Below, piece after piece: positions 1 through 10,951 of a stretch of DNA of 64,000 nt. The stretch lies in contig CM082594.2 of assembly GCA_040954595.2 (NCBI GenBank), positions 394,208 through 458,207 on the forward strand, in the 5' to 3' direction. Position numbers and translations under genes: made by a program. Position 1 is the stretch's first letter; every line of letters begins with the position of its first letter. The notes beneath the pieces were generated by a model. It was not told where the DNA came from and did no database searches. It worked only from the letters and a program-made list of their open reading frames with translations. The stretch comes from Balanoglossus misakiensis. Taxonomy: Eukaryota; Animalia; Hemichordata.

Positions 1-2042
1 CTTTATATAGGACACAGACTGGCGTAAGTTAACAACGGTAATCACGTCGGGTTTCCTACGGCCTGGATCAGCTGAAGCCCCGGCACTCTAGAGCAGAAAC
101 AGGCGTACATTGACCACGTTGATCAAGTCAGATTTCCTACGGCCTGGCTCGACTAAAACCCCGGCACACCATGACAGACACTAGCGTTCGTTAGCAACGG
201 TGATCAAGTCGGATTTCCTTCGGCCTGGCTCGGCAAAAGACCCGACACTCTAGTACAAAGACGTTGGCTAAGTCGGGCAAACCGAAGAGGGAAAGTCACA
301 GCGGGTCAACACTCGACATTTGTTCGGGTAGGACTGCATTATTGCCTGTCAATTTATTGAGAAAGCCCGAATTTAACACGGGCGTTTCAAACACCGACGT
401 TAGTTGGGGGCACGGCCTGCAGTACTGCCGGGTAAGCTGACATCGGCGGACCGCATATAATGTAGGGGGGGGGGGGGGGAAACAGAACGGCTCAATACTA
501 CATTTATTAGATATCAGCTAATTTTGGACAATCATCTAAAATCTAAATCATTTTTTCATATTTGGATATCTGATGATGTATGAAATTTCCATTATATGTA
601 AAAATGGTGCTGATTATAAAAAATACACTCTGAATGAGCTGATTTAATACAAAATTGCGTTTTATTCGTTTTTGCACCAAAAAGGTCATTTTTAGGCAAA
701 ACATTCTTTATTTTTTTAATTCGGTGACCTGATCATATATAAACAATTGCTTGTATGTTAAAAGTTTTTATGACTTTTAAAAGCAGGGACACTGGCGGCA
801 TTCAACACGAAAATAACAATTTTAGCCACATTTTGGTCAAAATGGTAAATTTTTGAAAATTACAAAAAATACCTGTTTTCTACATTTTCGGAAATCTGAT
901 GGAGTATACAATGCTCTTCGTATGTATATATCGATACAAATTCCACAAAAGACCGTCTAATTTGGCTCACTGCAGACAAAATTGTGTTTTACCAAAGTTT
1001 CCTTGAAAATGTCATTTTTAGAAAAATAAATAAAAAAACCTTTGTTCTTCGAATTTGGTGCCCTGATCATATATGACATGTTGATTGTATGTTAAAACTT
1101 TCGACCACTCTAAAAATGCAGAGATATTGACGGAATTCAAGAAAAAATAGCCATTTTGGCCATATTTTGACTAAATGGTAAATTTTTAAAAAATCATAAA
1201 AAATTAACTCTTTTCTTCATTTTCGGAAAAATTATGGAGCATGAAGTGTCGTTCTCTTGTAAAAAGTGCTGCAAATTCCAGAAAAGGCGGTATAATTTGA
1301 ATCACCCAAGACAAAATTACCATTTTCGACTTTTTTTCGAAAAATTGTCTTTTTTACAAAATAAATAAGAATAAATTCTTTTCTTAGTTTCAAACGGGTA
1401 GAGATACTTTCCACACGGGTTTTCTAACATTGAATTCCCGTTCATCAACTCAGATTTCTTACAGCATAAGTCGGCTAAAACCCTGACACTCTAGAGCAGA
1501 AACAGTTGCACACTGGTAACGTTGAACAAGTCGATTTTTCTACGGCCTGGCTCGGCTAAATCTCCGTCACAATATGACAGACACTAGCGTACGTTAGCAA
1601 CGGTGATCAAGTCAGATTTTCTACGGCAAGGCCTGGATAAAGCCATGGCACTCTAGAGCAGAAACACGCGTACAGAGACCACGTTGATCAAGTCTAATCT
1701 CCTACGGCTTGGCTCGACTGAAACCCCGGCACACTATGACAGACACTAGCGTTCGTTAGCAACGTTGATCAAGTCAGATTTCCTACGGCATGGCTTTGCT
1801 AAAGCCCTGACACTCTAGAGCAGAAACACGCGTACAGAGACCACGTTGATCTACTCACATTTCCTTCGGCCTGGCACGGCTGATGCCCCGGCACTATATA
1901 TAGGACACAGACTGGCGTAAGTTAACAACGGTAATCACGTCGGGTTTCCTACGGCCTGGCTCAGCTGAAGCCCCGGCACTCTAGAGCAGAAACAGGCGTA
2001 CATTGACCACGTTGATCAAGTCAGATTTCCTACGGCGTGATT
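1..2042 (-). repeat. ~2.05-kb composite satellite, inverted-orientation block left of the BEL insertion (continues beyond window start)
   Basis: Reverse complement of the monomer repeated in 10950-64000: poly-G tract at ~465, AT-rich block ~490-1430, 81-bp subrepeats at 1-250 and 1440-2042. Strand label is only relative to the majority orientation. Confidence 0.97.
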
Positions 2043-2078
2043 TAAATTACGAATTCCAGATATGCTATTACTAATTAA

Positions 2079-5000
2079 TTATGGTGTAATACGTGTACTA
2101 CTTTCCTCAAGCAAGCACAGTTTGCGAACATCTCTACGCAATCTTCCTGTTTCAGTCTTCACTAGGACCTGGCGCACATTGCCGTACTGATCTGGGTAAG
2201 TTTGCTGAACTAGTCCTTTTGACCACTGTCCTCTTGGGATATTTTCCTCTACCACGATAACCAAATCTCCAACAGTCAGATTTCTCTTGGGCTTCAACCA
2301 CTTCTGTCTCTGCTGAAGGGAAGGCAGGTATTCGTGTAGCCATCGTTTCCAAAACGAGTTCGCTATGAGATTAGCTTGGTTCCTTCTGTGATTAGCTGTA
2401 CTGGTCGTGACAGTGTCTGCAGGAGATGTGCATGGATTCGGCCTCAGTAGTAACAGGCTATTAGGCGTCAGTGCTTCAAGGTCATTCGGGTCATCTGATT
2501 GACGGGTCAAAGGTCGATCATTGATAATCTTCTCCACCTCCGCCAAGACAGTAAGTAAAGTTTCGTCGTCAATTAGTTGGTTTCCAACGAGTGCTCGTAG
2601 GATTTTCCGCACTGAACGTATCATCCTTTCCCAAACTCCTCCAGTATGACTGGCTGCGGGTGCATTGAAATACCATTGGATATCCCTCTTGCGTAGACTA
2701 TCAGTTATCTTCTCTTGATTCCAACTCGCTAGAGCTTCTTTGATTTCAGTTTCCGCTCCCCGGAAATTTGTTCCGTTGTCACTGTATACCGTTTTTGGTG
2801 GACCACGTCTGCTGACAAATCTCCATACTGCCTGAATAAATGAATCTGTGGATAAACTGTGGGTGACTTCAATATGCACAGCTCGTATGGCGAGACAGGT
2901 GAATATACATCCGTATCGTTTGGACGTTCCTCTTCTCCACTTGACTTTCGGAGGACCAAAGAAGTCGATTCCCACTGCAGCAAATGCACTCTCACCTGGA
3001 GTAACTCTTGGGGTTGGAATTCTTCTGACAGTAGCTTGGCCTCTCAAAATCCAATATTCTTTTCGGATTCTGGATAACACATGGGTGGTTCCTACGTGAC
3101 CTTCCTGCTCATGGAAAAACTGAACAATTAATTCGGTCACTTGATGATTATGGGGTAGAATAATAGGATGTTTTGTGGTTTCATCTATGGGGGCGTTGTT
3201 TAGTCTTCCACCAACGTGTATACTGCCATCTTTGTAGATTGGACTGAGTCTGCAAAGTGGACTGGTATATCCTTCAGAATCTGGTTTTCTGCTTGGATTC
3301 TTCAACTGTGTTGATATTTCCTTAGGAAACGCTTTCCGTTGAACGACTCTAATGACTTCGAAGGTAGCATCGGACACTTCTGACACCGTTAGAGCACCAA
3401 CCGGAACTTTACCATTTCCGCCATTCTCAATGCGAGCTCGGAGATACTTCTTGTATCGTAAAATCCAAGCGACAGATTTGCAAAGTTTGTACCATGACGA
3501 AAATCTGTGAATTAACGAATGGATGATATCAGTGTCATCTGTCTGGTTGCTGTTTACCACTGCGCATACCTTTGCCATTTTCAATTCGTTGTCCTCATCC
3601 GATATTCTTGGTAAGTCGGTAGGTTGGGTTGGCCAGTTTCCTTCAGATTTCCAGAGAAATTCTGGACCTTCGAACCACAGTTTGGACTTCGCTTTGGCGG
3701 CTTTCAAGGTAATACCTCGGGAGGCACAATCAGCTGGATTGAGTTGTGAAGGAACATGATGCCATTGTGACGGTAGTGTTGCATCGTGTATTAGTTGTAG
3801 GTGGTTGGCTACAAAGGTCTTGAAGCGTCTTGTTGAGCTGCAGATATATTGTATAACAATGGTAGAGTCTGTCCAGAATCGCTCTCGATGGATAGGAAAT
3901 TGAAGTTCTTCTTTTATCTGTTTGCTGACTTTAACGGCCACTGTTGCTGCTGTCAATTCCAATCTTGGTACTGTAATGGTCTTCAGTGGAGCAACTCTAG
4001 ATTTGCCAGTCACGAGGCTGCAGTGAAAGTTACCACCTTTGTCAGTAAACCGTAGGTAGGAAACAACCCCATATCCTTCCGTTGAAGCATCGCAGAAATG
4101 ATGAATTTCTATAGATTGTGGCTGGCCAAAACCTGGAGGTGTGTAACACCGTGGAATTACCATGGCTTTTAACATCGGTAACTTCTGTAACCATTCACGC
4201 CAAACAACTAGATATTTCACTGGTATGGCTTCATCCCATCCACATCCTTCTTTGCATAATTCTTGTAATAAGCGCTTAGCCGGCAATACAAATGGTGCAA
4301 CAAATCCTAGTGGGTCGTACACAGATGCTACAACTGAGAGAATCCCTCTTCGAGTTTCACTTTTACTTTCCTTGCCAACTCTGAAGCTCATAGTATCTTC
4401 TTGAATGTCCCATTGTACACCAAGAGCTCTGTCAACTGGTAAGTCTTCCAGGTCTAAATTCATCACAGATGGCGCCCTTTCTTCTGACGGGATGGAGGAC
4501 AATACTTCTGTGCAATTAGAAATCCATTTGGTCAGATGAAATCCACCATTAGACAAAAGAGCTGAAACTTCAGTGATGAGTCTCTTGGCTGTGTCCACGG
4601 CAAGTACTGATTTTAAGAAATCATCCACGTAGAAATTTCTGTAGACAGCATCTATGATGTCCGAGTCGAAGTTACTTCTATTGTCATCAGCTGTTCTCCG
4701 GAGGGCGTATGCTGAACAACTAGGTGATGATGTCGCGCCAAACAAATGAACAAGCATTTGATGATCGACGGGCTCCTTCGTGAGGTCACCGTTAGGCCAC
4801 CATAGGAATCGCAGGACATCACAATCTTCGGGGTCGACATGAACTTGGTGAAACATTTGCTTGATATCAGCAACCACTGCAACAGGATACTGACGGAACC
4901 GTAGCAAGACTCCAACCAAGGAATTGGTCAAATCCGGACCCTGCAGGAGTTGATCGTTCAGTGAAGTTCCTCCACATTTGGCAGCACAATCGAAGACGAC

Positions 5001-8000
5001 TCTCACCTTTTCTGGTTTCATGGGATGCGTCACCGGATGATGAGGTAGGTACCATAACCGTCTATCGTCTTCTTTGTTTTCATCAGATACTTCTTTTGCA
5101 TGACCTTGTACAATATAGTCTTGTATAGTTGTACTGTACTTTTCATGGAGATCTGGATCTTTAAGTAGACGTCTTTTGAGTAGGTTGAGTCGTTTCTCAG
5201 CTACATGCCTGTTATTTGGTAAGGCTGGTTCTTCAAATTTCCAAGGTAGCTTCAACTGATAGTGACCATTTTGTAGACGGACAGATCGATCCATTATCGC
5301 CTTTGCCCTTCGGTCTTCTAATGACATGCATTCTTTAGTATCCACTAGATTTACGTTGAAGTCGGCATTGTACATCCTTTCCAATTGTGATGAAATGGAC
5401 TCCATACCTTTGATAGAAGTATCACTGTCGATGATCTGGTCCATATTGATACAGTTGATTGATGAGTTGGTTTCTTTCTTTCCTTTCATCGGCCCAATCA
5501 ACGTCCATCCAAGTAATGTTCGGATTGCGTATGGTTGTTTTCTCCCGGCACGTCTTTCCTCCAGGACCCAGTGTGCTTCTGGAATGTCGTTACCGATCAG
5601 GATTGTGACTTCCTTGTTCTGCAATTCTGGTAATTCAACATCCTTCAGATGAGACCATTCCTTCGTATCCTCTGCTGTTGGTATACTGTTTGCCGTTATG
5701 GGAAGTTTGTCCGTCGTCCATACCTTATCAAGATGAACACTTTGATTTCTATGTAGACCTCGTACATCTAATTTAACTTCACGTCCATACTTCTTCGTTT
5801 CAGCATCGAGTGTGGAAAGTGTATATGTAATGGGTTGTCCACCCAAACCAAGTCTGTCTGCTAGAGATGAGAGACATATTGTTGTGTCTGAACCATTGTC
5901 CAGGAATGCATAAGTTTCAATCTCTGCTCCTCCCTCCACTCCACTTACTCGGACTGGTACAACTTGTAGGCTGATACGTGGCTTGTTTGTCCTGGTTGCT
6001 TTACAATGAACGGTGTTACCGGCCCCATTGGTTACTTCAGAATTCCCGTCACTTTTCTCGTCTTTATTCTTCCCAAGACGTGTTGTGGGTGGAGCTGGTC
6101 TACCACTTCCACTGGGATACACTTCATTTGACGACTGGCTAGGATGTGACGATACTGGGTGTAGTAATGGGTGGTGAAGTCTTCCACAGTCAGTTACTGG
6201 ACAAAACAATCCACTTTTGCAGTTTTTAGCGAAGTGTCGAGGGGTTGCTTCCAGACAACAATCACAGAGGTTCTGTTTTCGCACAAACGTTTTCTTCTCC
6301 ATGAACGACTTCCTGGCAAACTTCCGGCATCTCTGCAGTTGGTGTTGTCCTTGGCAGAAAAGACATCTAATTTCTCTCTTGGATTGGCAGTAGGGTTTGT
6401 CTTGCGTCTTGCCGTACATTTCATGACTTACTTGTGTGGTCAAAGTAGTAGCCTTGGTGAATTGTTTGACCCTGGACTTTACGTCTCTCTCTGGTTCTGG
6501 TTTTGATCCAACCAACATCCCGAATCTTGTATTGGCCAAGGCTGCTCGCTTCTCCAAAAACGCTGTCAGATGGATGAATTCTGGTTCAATACCGGAGTAA
6601 ATCATTCTTCCAGCTTCTTTTGCCCAATCTCCTTGTAGAAATGTAGGTAGGCGTCTCACTATCTTCTCCAATGTATCCATGGAGTTCAGATCAGCGGTGT
6701 ATTTCATTTGGCTGGAACACATATGACAATTATTCATGTCACGTGCCAACTGTAGCAACTTTGATGTGTCCGTGGCCTTGATCTGTGGTCCCTTGATGAC
6801 TTTGTCTATGGTGGCATGGACGATCGTGTGTTTCTGGCCGAAATTCTGGTATAATATTTTCCTTGCTTCAGTGTAACCTTGTTCTGGAGGTAGAATCACA
6901 CAGTTCTTGATTGCTTCTTTGGCTGGTCCAGTGCAGTATTGGATGAGATAAGCCAATCTAGTGCCATCATTGGTTGTTCCCTTTACAATGTTTATCTCAA
7001 AATTTCTGATGAACGTGGGGTACACTACTGGGTCACCATTAAACGATAGGAATTCCCGCTTCGGCAAATTCAAACTAGTTACAAGTGCTTGCGTGGCTTC
7101 ACTCTGTTGTCTTATCATACTCTGTAGGATTTCGTGTTGCCCATCCCGCAATGGACTTGGTTCATTTCTATAAAGTTGTTCCCCAATATTGTGGTCCACG
7201 GGCTGCCATTCTGGTGCATTCGGATTTAATGCTGCCACATTGCCCTCCAACTGTTTCACATTTTCGGACAGCGGTCTGTCTTTAAGCAAAGTTGTTATTG
7301 TGTTGAACTGGGAAACTTCTACTGGGGGACCACTCGACAATACATGGGGGTGATAATCTTGAAAAGACTGGAAATACCTGTCAATCTTCTCACTTGGACT
7401 GGTCATCTTTGCTTCACTTGTATCAACAGAGTATTCTTCGGAATGAAACGAAGTTCCCTCTTCTGCTAATTCAGCCTCCATTTCAGCCTGTTTTAACTTC
7501 TGTTGAACGTCTAGAATCTTCAATGTTGACTGCATCTTTATTTCTTCTTCTCGAAGTCGCAGATCACGAAGCTTGGCTTTGGCTTCTTCTTCTTGCTGTA
7601 TCTTTTCAAGTTCAAGCTGGGTTTCCAATATCTTCCTTCTTGCAATTCTTGAAGCTCGACTTGCCTTTGAACTCGATAAAGAACATATATTACTTGTCTG
7701 CCGGTTACCATTTCCATAAGACGTTTGACTATGTGATTTCTTTTTTACAGATTTTACCTGGTCCTTGGTAGAGTGACATGAATTTTTGGAAGCCGCTGAA
7801 CCGTTGACATCATCCTCTTGTGAAGCTGGTGGCACTTCTGGCTCCAACCCACGTGACGGAGTTGTTATCGTGATTCGATGAGACGAAATCCAGTTCTTCA
7901 GGCGTTGTTCCAGACACTCTTTTCTGTTAACTTCAGATTCGTGTTCAAGTCGTACACTTTCTTGTTCGGACCTTGAAAGATGTTTCTGATATTCATAACA

Positions 8001-8267
8001 AGTATTTGTATATGAAGTAAAAATCCTATCCGAGTCTTCTTTCTTTTTGGTAACTGCTTGGTAGTCAGGCGACGACATTAACATGGTCTCTACATCCATG
8101 TAAATACGTGTCATATGGCCGCGGTAAGCGATAATTGATCTCCTTAATTTGGGAACTAAATTTTCTTCTCTTGTTGAGCTAGCTGTTTTTGATGAACTGC
8201 TACTCTTGACGGAGACAGGGCCTGGTGCTGCTGGAACGTGGAACATCTCGTCGTTTCCAGTTGCCAT
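2079..8267 (-). CDS. BEL/Pao Gag-Pol polyprotein (Gag, Zn knuckles, aspartic protease, RT, RNase H, integrase), 2062 aa
   Basis: Gag core (FNGDPVVYPTF...LIQYCTGPAKEAI), three Cys/His knuckles (CLFCQGQHQLQRC, CDCCLEATPRHFAKNC, CPVTDCGRLHHPLLH), protease FLDNGS, RT (WYLPHHPV, RVVFDCAA, ADIKQMF, FYVDD), RNase H (HHFCDAS, VPRLEL, WTDSTIV, NPADCASRG), integrase (GIDFFGP, SDNGTNF, WERMI), C-terminal FWKRWLHEYLPSLQQRQKW. PR-RT-RH-IN order in one ORF is typical of BEL/Pao. Confidence 0.96.
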   Translation of the reverse strand: MATGNDEMFHVPAAPGPVSVKSSSSSKTASSTREENLVPKLRRSIIAYRGHMTRIYMDVETMLMSSPDYQAVTKKKEDSDRIFTSYTNTCYEYQKHLSRSEQESVRLEHESEVNRKECLEQRLKNWISSHRITITTPSRGLEPEVPPASQEDDVNGSAASKNSCHSTKDQVKSVKKKSHSQTSYGNGNRQTSNICSLSSSKASRASRIARRKILETQLELEKIQQEEEAKAKLRDLRLREEEIKMQSTLKILDVQQKLKQAEMEAELAEEGTSFHSEEYSVDTSEAKMTSPSEKIDRYFQSFQDYHPHVLSSGPPVEVSQFNTITTLLKDRPLSENVKQLEGNVAALNPNAPEWQPVDHNIGEQLYRNEPSPLRDGQHEILQSMIRQQSEATQALVTSLNLPKREFLSFNGDPVVYPTFIRNFEINIVKGTTNDGTRLAYLIQYCTGPAKEAIKNCVILPPEQGYTEARKILYQNFGQKHTIVHATIDKVIKGPQIKATDTSKLLQLARDMNNCHMCSSQMKYTADLNSMDTLEKIVRRLPTFLQGDWAKEAGRMIYSGIEPEFIHLTAFLEKRAALANTRFGMLVGSKPEPERDVKSRVKQFTKATTLTTQVSHEMYGKTQDKPYCQSKREIRCLFCQGQHQLQRCRKFARKSFMEKKTFVRKQNLCDCCLEATPRHFAKNCKSGLFCPVTDCGRLHHPLLHPVSSHPSQSSNEVYPSGSGRPAPPTTRLGKNKDEKSDGNSEVTNGAGNTVHCKATRTNKPRISLQVVPVRVSGVEGGAEIETYAFLDNGSDTTICLSSLADRLGLGGQPITYTLSTLDAETKKYGREVKLDVRGLHRNQSVHLDKVWTTDKLPITANSIPTAEDTKEWSHLKDVELPELQNKEVTILIGNDIPEAHWVLEERRAGRKQPYAIRTLLGWTLIGPMKGKKETNSSINCINMDQIIDSDTSIKGMESISSQLERMYNADFNVNLVDTKECMSLEDRRAKAIMDRSVRLQNGHYQLKLPWKFEEPALPNNRHVAEKRLNLLKRRLLKDPDLHEKYSTTIQDYIVQGHAKEVSDENKEDDRRLWYLPHHPVTHPMKPEKVRVVFDCAAKCGGTSLNDQLLQGPDLTNSLVGVLLRFRQYPVAVVADIKQMFHQVHVDPEDCDVLRFLWWPNGDLTKEPVDHQMLVHLFGATSSPSCSAYALRRTADDNRSNFDSDIIDAVYRNFYVDDFLKSVLAVDTAKRLITEVSALLSNGGFHLTKWISNCTEVLSSIPSEERAPSVMNLDLEDLPVDRALGVQWDIQEDTMSFRVGKESKSETRRGILSVVASVYDPLGFVAPFVLPAKRLLQELCKEGCGWDEAIPVKYLVVWREWLQKLPMLKAMVIPRCYTPPGFGQPQSIEIHHFCDASTEGYGVVSYLRFTDKGGNFHCSLVTGKSRVAPLKTITVPRLELTAATVAVKVSKQIKEELQFPIHRERFWTDSTIVIQYICSSTRRFKTFVANHLQLIHDATLPSQWHHVPSQLNPADCASRGITLKAAKAKSKLWFEGPEFLWKSEGNWPTQPTDLPRISDEDNELKMAKVCAVVNSNQTDDTDIIHSLIHRFSSWYKLCKSVAWILRYKKYLRARIENGGNGKVPVGALTVSEVSDATFEVIRVVQRKAFPKEISTQLKNPSRKPDSEGYTSPLCRLSPIYKDGSIHVGGRLNNAPIDETTKHPIILPHNHQVTELIVQFFHEQEGHVGTTHVLSRIRKEYWILRGQATVRRIPTPRVTPGESAFAAVGIDFFGPPKVKWRRGTSKRYGCIFTCLAIRAVHIEVTHSLSTDSFIQAVWRFVSRRGPPKTVYSDNGTNFRGAETEIKEALASWNQEKITDSLRKRDIQWYFNAPAASHTGGVWERMIRSVRKILRALVGNQLIDDETLLTVLAEVEKIINDRPLTRQSDDPNDLEALTPNSLLLLRPNPCTSPADTVTTSTANHRRNQANLIANSFWKRWLHEYLPSLQQRQKWLKPKRNLTVGDLVIVVEENIPRGQWSKGLVQQTYPDQYGNVRQVLVKTETGRLRRDVRKLCLLEESSTRITP

Positions 8268-8375
8268 GACTTTCTAATGTATCTGCTAGTACACGGTTAC
8301 ACCAGGTTTCAGTCCAACGTCATCTGAGAACTATGTAGGATCCAATTCCTACTTGCATGGGCCCCTCGACACTCG

Positions 8376-8974
8376 TGTTGTATAAAAATTCTCCTTTTAT
8401 TTTACTCTCTACGAGGAGCAAACTGTTCGGTGCATACAAAATAGACCGTGCACGACGTAATAACACGGTTCTAATACTGGTATAACACTGGTATAACACG
8501 GGTACAACACGGTTCTGTATAAACAAATACATAGACGAAATAAATTCAAGTAAGTATTCAAAGGTAAATGTAAAATGCCGATACAGAAGTTCAAACTCAA
8601 TTACAAAGCAAATTCCAAAAATACAGCGTTTACAGGTAAGTAAATTCAAATCAATTCTATTCAATCGCTCAAAATTAATGGTTTATAAATGAAGTAGTCT
8701 GCGTCCTGGATAGTCGCTGCTTCTGTTGAAAGACCGCTCTGTATCGCTAAATAAAACAGTCTTACCTCAGATGGTGACGCTTTTAGGGGCTCAAAAAGCA
8801 TGCAGTGCAGTGGTCACAAACATGTAGCCTAGAAGGCCTGACGTGGCAAAATGAAAACTTGCACACTGGCGAGGTGCCAATTTATAGTGAAAAGGAAATT
8901 TGCATATTGGATAACCACTATGTGCATGTGCACCTGCACACACAGCCATCCAATCAGGGAGGACTGCACTTACA
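8376..8974 (-). repeat. Probable 5' LTR of the BEL element (inner boundary uncertain)
   Basis: Minus strand starts TGT at 8974; TATAAA near 8880-8885; AATAAA at 8396-8401; candidate end ...TACAACA at 8376 (alternative ...TTCAACA at 8724). No partner LTR and no clear TGG primer-binding site, so the inner end is a guess. Confidence 0.55.
8461..8515. repeat. About five copies of an 11-bp minirepeat (taacactggta-like) in the BEL LTR/leader
   Basis: taacacggttc taatactggta taacactggta taacacgggta caacacggttc read directly. Confidence 0.8.
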
Positions 8975-10951
8975 CCGGCTCTATATGACACAGACTGGCG
9001 TAAGTTATCAACGGTGATTACTTCGGATTTCCTACGGCCTGGTTTAGCTGAAGCTAAAGACGTTGGCTAATCGGGCAAACCGAAGAGGGAAAGTCACAGC
9101 GGGTCAACACTCGACATTTGTTCGGGTAGGACTGCATTATTGCCTGTCAATTTATAGAGAAAGCCCGAATTTTACCAGGGCGTTTCAAACACCGACGTTA
9201 GTTGGGGGCACGGCCTGCAGTACTGCCGGGTAAGCTGACATCGGCGTACCGCATATAATGTAGGGGGGGGGGGGGGGGAAACAGAACGGTTCAATACTAG
9301 CTAATTTTGGACAATCATCTAAAATCTAAATCATTTTTTCATATTTGGATATCTGATGATGTATGAAATTTCCATCATATGTAAAAATGGTGCTGATTAT
9401 AAAAAATGCACTCTGAATGAGCTGATTTAATACAAAATTGCGTTTTATTCGTTTTTGCACCAAAAAGGTCATTTTTAGGCAAAACATTCTTTTTTTTTTA
9501 ATTCGGTGACCTCATCATATATAAACAATTGCTTGTATGTTAAAAGTTTTTATGACTTTTAAAAGCAGTGACACTGGCGGCATTCAACACGAAAATAACA
9601 ATTTTAGCCACAATTTGGTCAAAATGGTAAATTTTTGAAAATTACAAAAAATACCTGTTTTCTACATTTTCGGAAATCTGATGGAGTATAGAATGCTCTT
9701 CGTATGTATATATCGATATAAATTCCACAAAAGACAGTCTAATATGGCTCACTGCAGACAAAATTGCGTTTTACCAAATTTACCTTGAAAATGTCATTTT
9801 TAGAGAAAAAAAAAAAAACACCTTTGTTCCTCGAATTTGGTGCCCTGATCATATATGACATGTTGATTGTATGTTAAAACTTTCGACCACTCCAAAAATG
9901 CAGAGATATTGACGGAATTCAAGAAAAAATAGCCATTTTGGCCATATTTTGACAAAAATGGTAAATTTTTAAAAAATCATCAAAAAATAAACTCTTTTCT
10001 TCATTTTCGGAAATAGTATGGAGCATGAAGTGTCGTTCTCTTGTAAAAAGTGCTGCAAATTCCAGAAAATGTGGTATAATTTGAATCACCCAAGACAAAA
10101 TTACCATTTTCGACTTGTTTTCGAAAAATTGTCTTTTTTACAAAATAAATAAGAATAAATTCTTTTCTTAGTTTCAAACGGGTAGAGATACTTTCCACAC
10201 GGGTTTTCTAACATTGAATTCCCGTTCATCAACTCAGATTTCCTACAGCATAAGTCGGCTAAAACCCAGACACTCTAGAGCAGAAACAGTTGCACACTGG
10301 TAACGTTGAACAAGTCGATTTTTCTACGGCCTGGCTCGGCTAAATCTCCGTCACAATATGACAGACACTAGCGTACGTTAGCAACGGTGATCAAGTCAGA
10401 TTTTCTACGGCATGGCTTGGATAAAGCCCCGGCACTCTAGAGCAGAAACACGCGTACAGAGACCACGTTGATGTAGTCTGATCTCCTACGGCTTGGCTCG
10501 ACTAAAACCCCGGCACACTATGACAGACACTAGCGTTATTATTATTATTATTATTAAGAATTGTTTAAAATGCGCTACACATACGTCTCAGCGCATTGTG
10601 CACAGCTAAAACAGTAGATTAAAAAATACAAGGCTGGTAAAAATAGTTAAAAGGACACAATCGAACACGTTACACATAAAACCGAGTAAAAAGGTATGTT
10701 TTCAAATTACGCTTAAAAATATTGAGCGTTCGTTAGCAACGTTGATCAAGTCAGATTTCCTACGGCATGGCTTTGCTAAAGCCCTGACACTCTAGAGCAG
10801 AAACACGCGTACAGAGACCACGTTGATCGACTAACATTTCCTTCGGCCTGGCACGGCTGATGCCCCGGCACTATATATAGGACACAGACTGGCGTAAGTT
10901 AACAACGGTAATCACGTCGGGTTTCCTACGGCCTGGCTCAGCTGAAGCCCC
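8975..10951 (-). repeat. Composite satellite, inverted-orientation monomer right of the BEL insertion
   Basis: Same monomer in reverse complement, with a ~180-bp deletion at ~9055, a small deletion at ~9300 and an L2 fragment at 10538-10724. Confidence 0.96.
10538..10724 (-). mobile_element. 5'-truncated L2-clade LINE 3' end, 187 bp (copy 1)
   Basis: Reverse complement of 18455-18641; (ATT)n tail; flanked by 6-bp TSD AGCGTT at 10532-10537 and 10725-10730. Confidence 0.85.

Larger units (their letters stand above)
2043..8974 (-). mobile_element. BEL/Pao LTR retrotransposon with 3' LTR and polypurine tract missing
   Basis: Non-satellite block holding a single gag-pol ORF. On the minus strand it begins TGTAAGTG at 8974, directly next to satellite (ccggctctatatg). 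At the other end satellite resumes only 36 bp after the stop codon, with no second LTR copy or purine tract. Confidence 0.93.

Noticed and set aside
2152-7771. Short overlapping and antisense ORFs within the BEL ORF
   Set aside because: Shadow frames of the gag-pol gene with no independent motifs.
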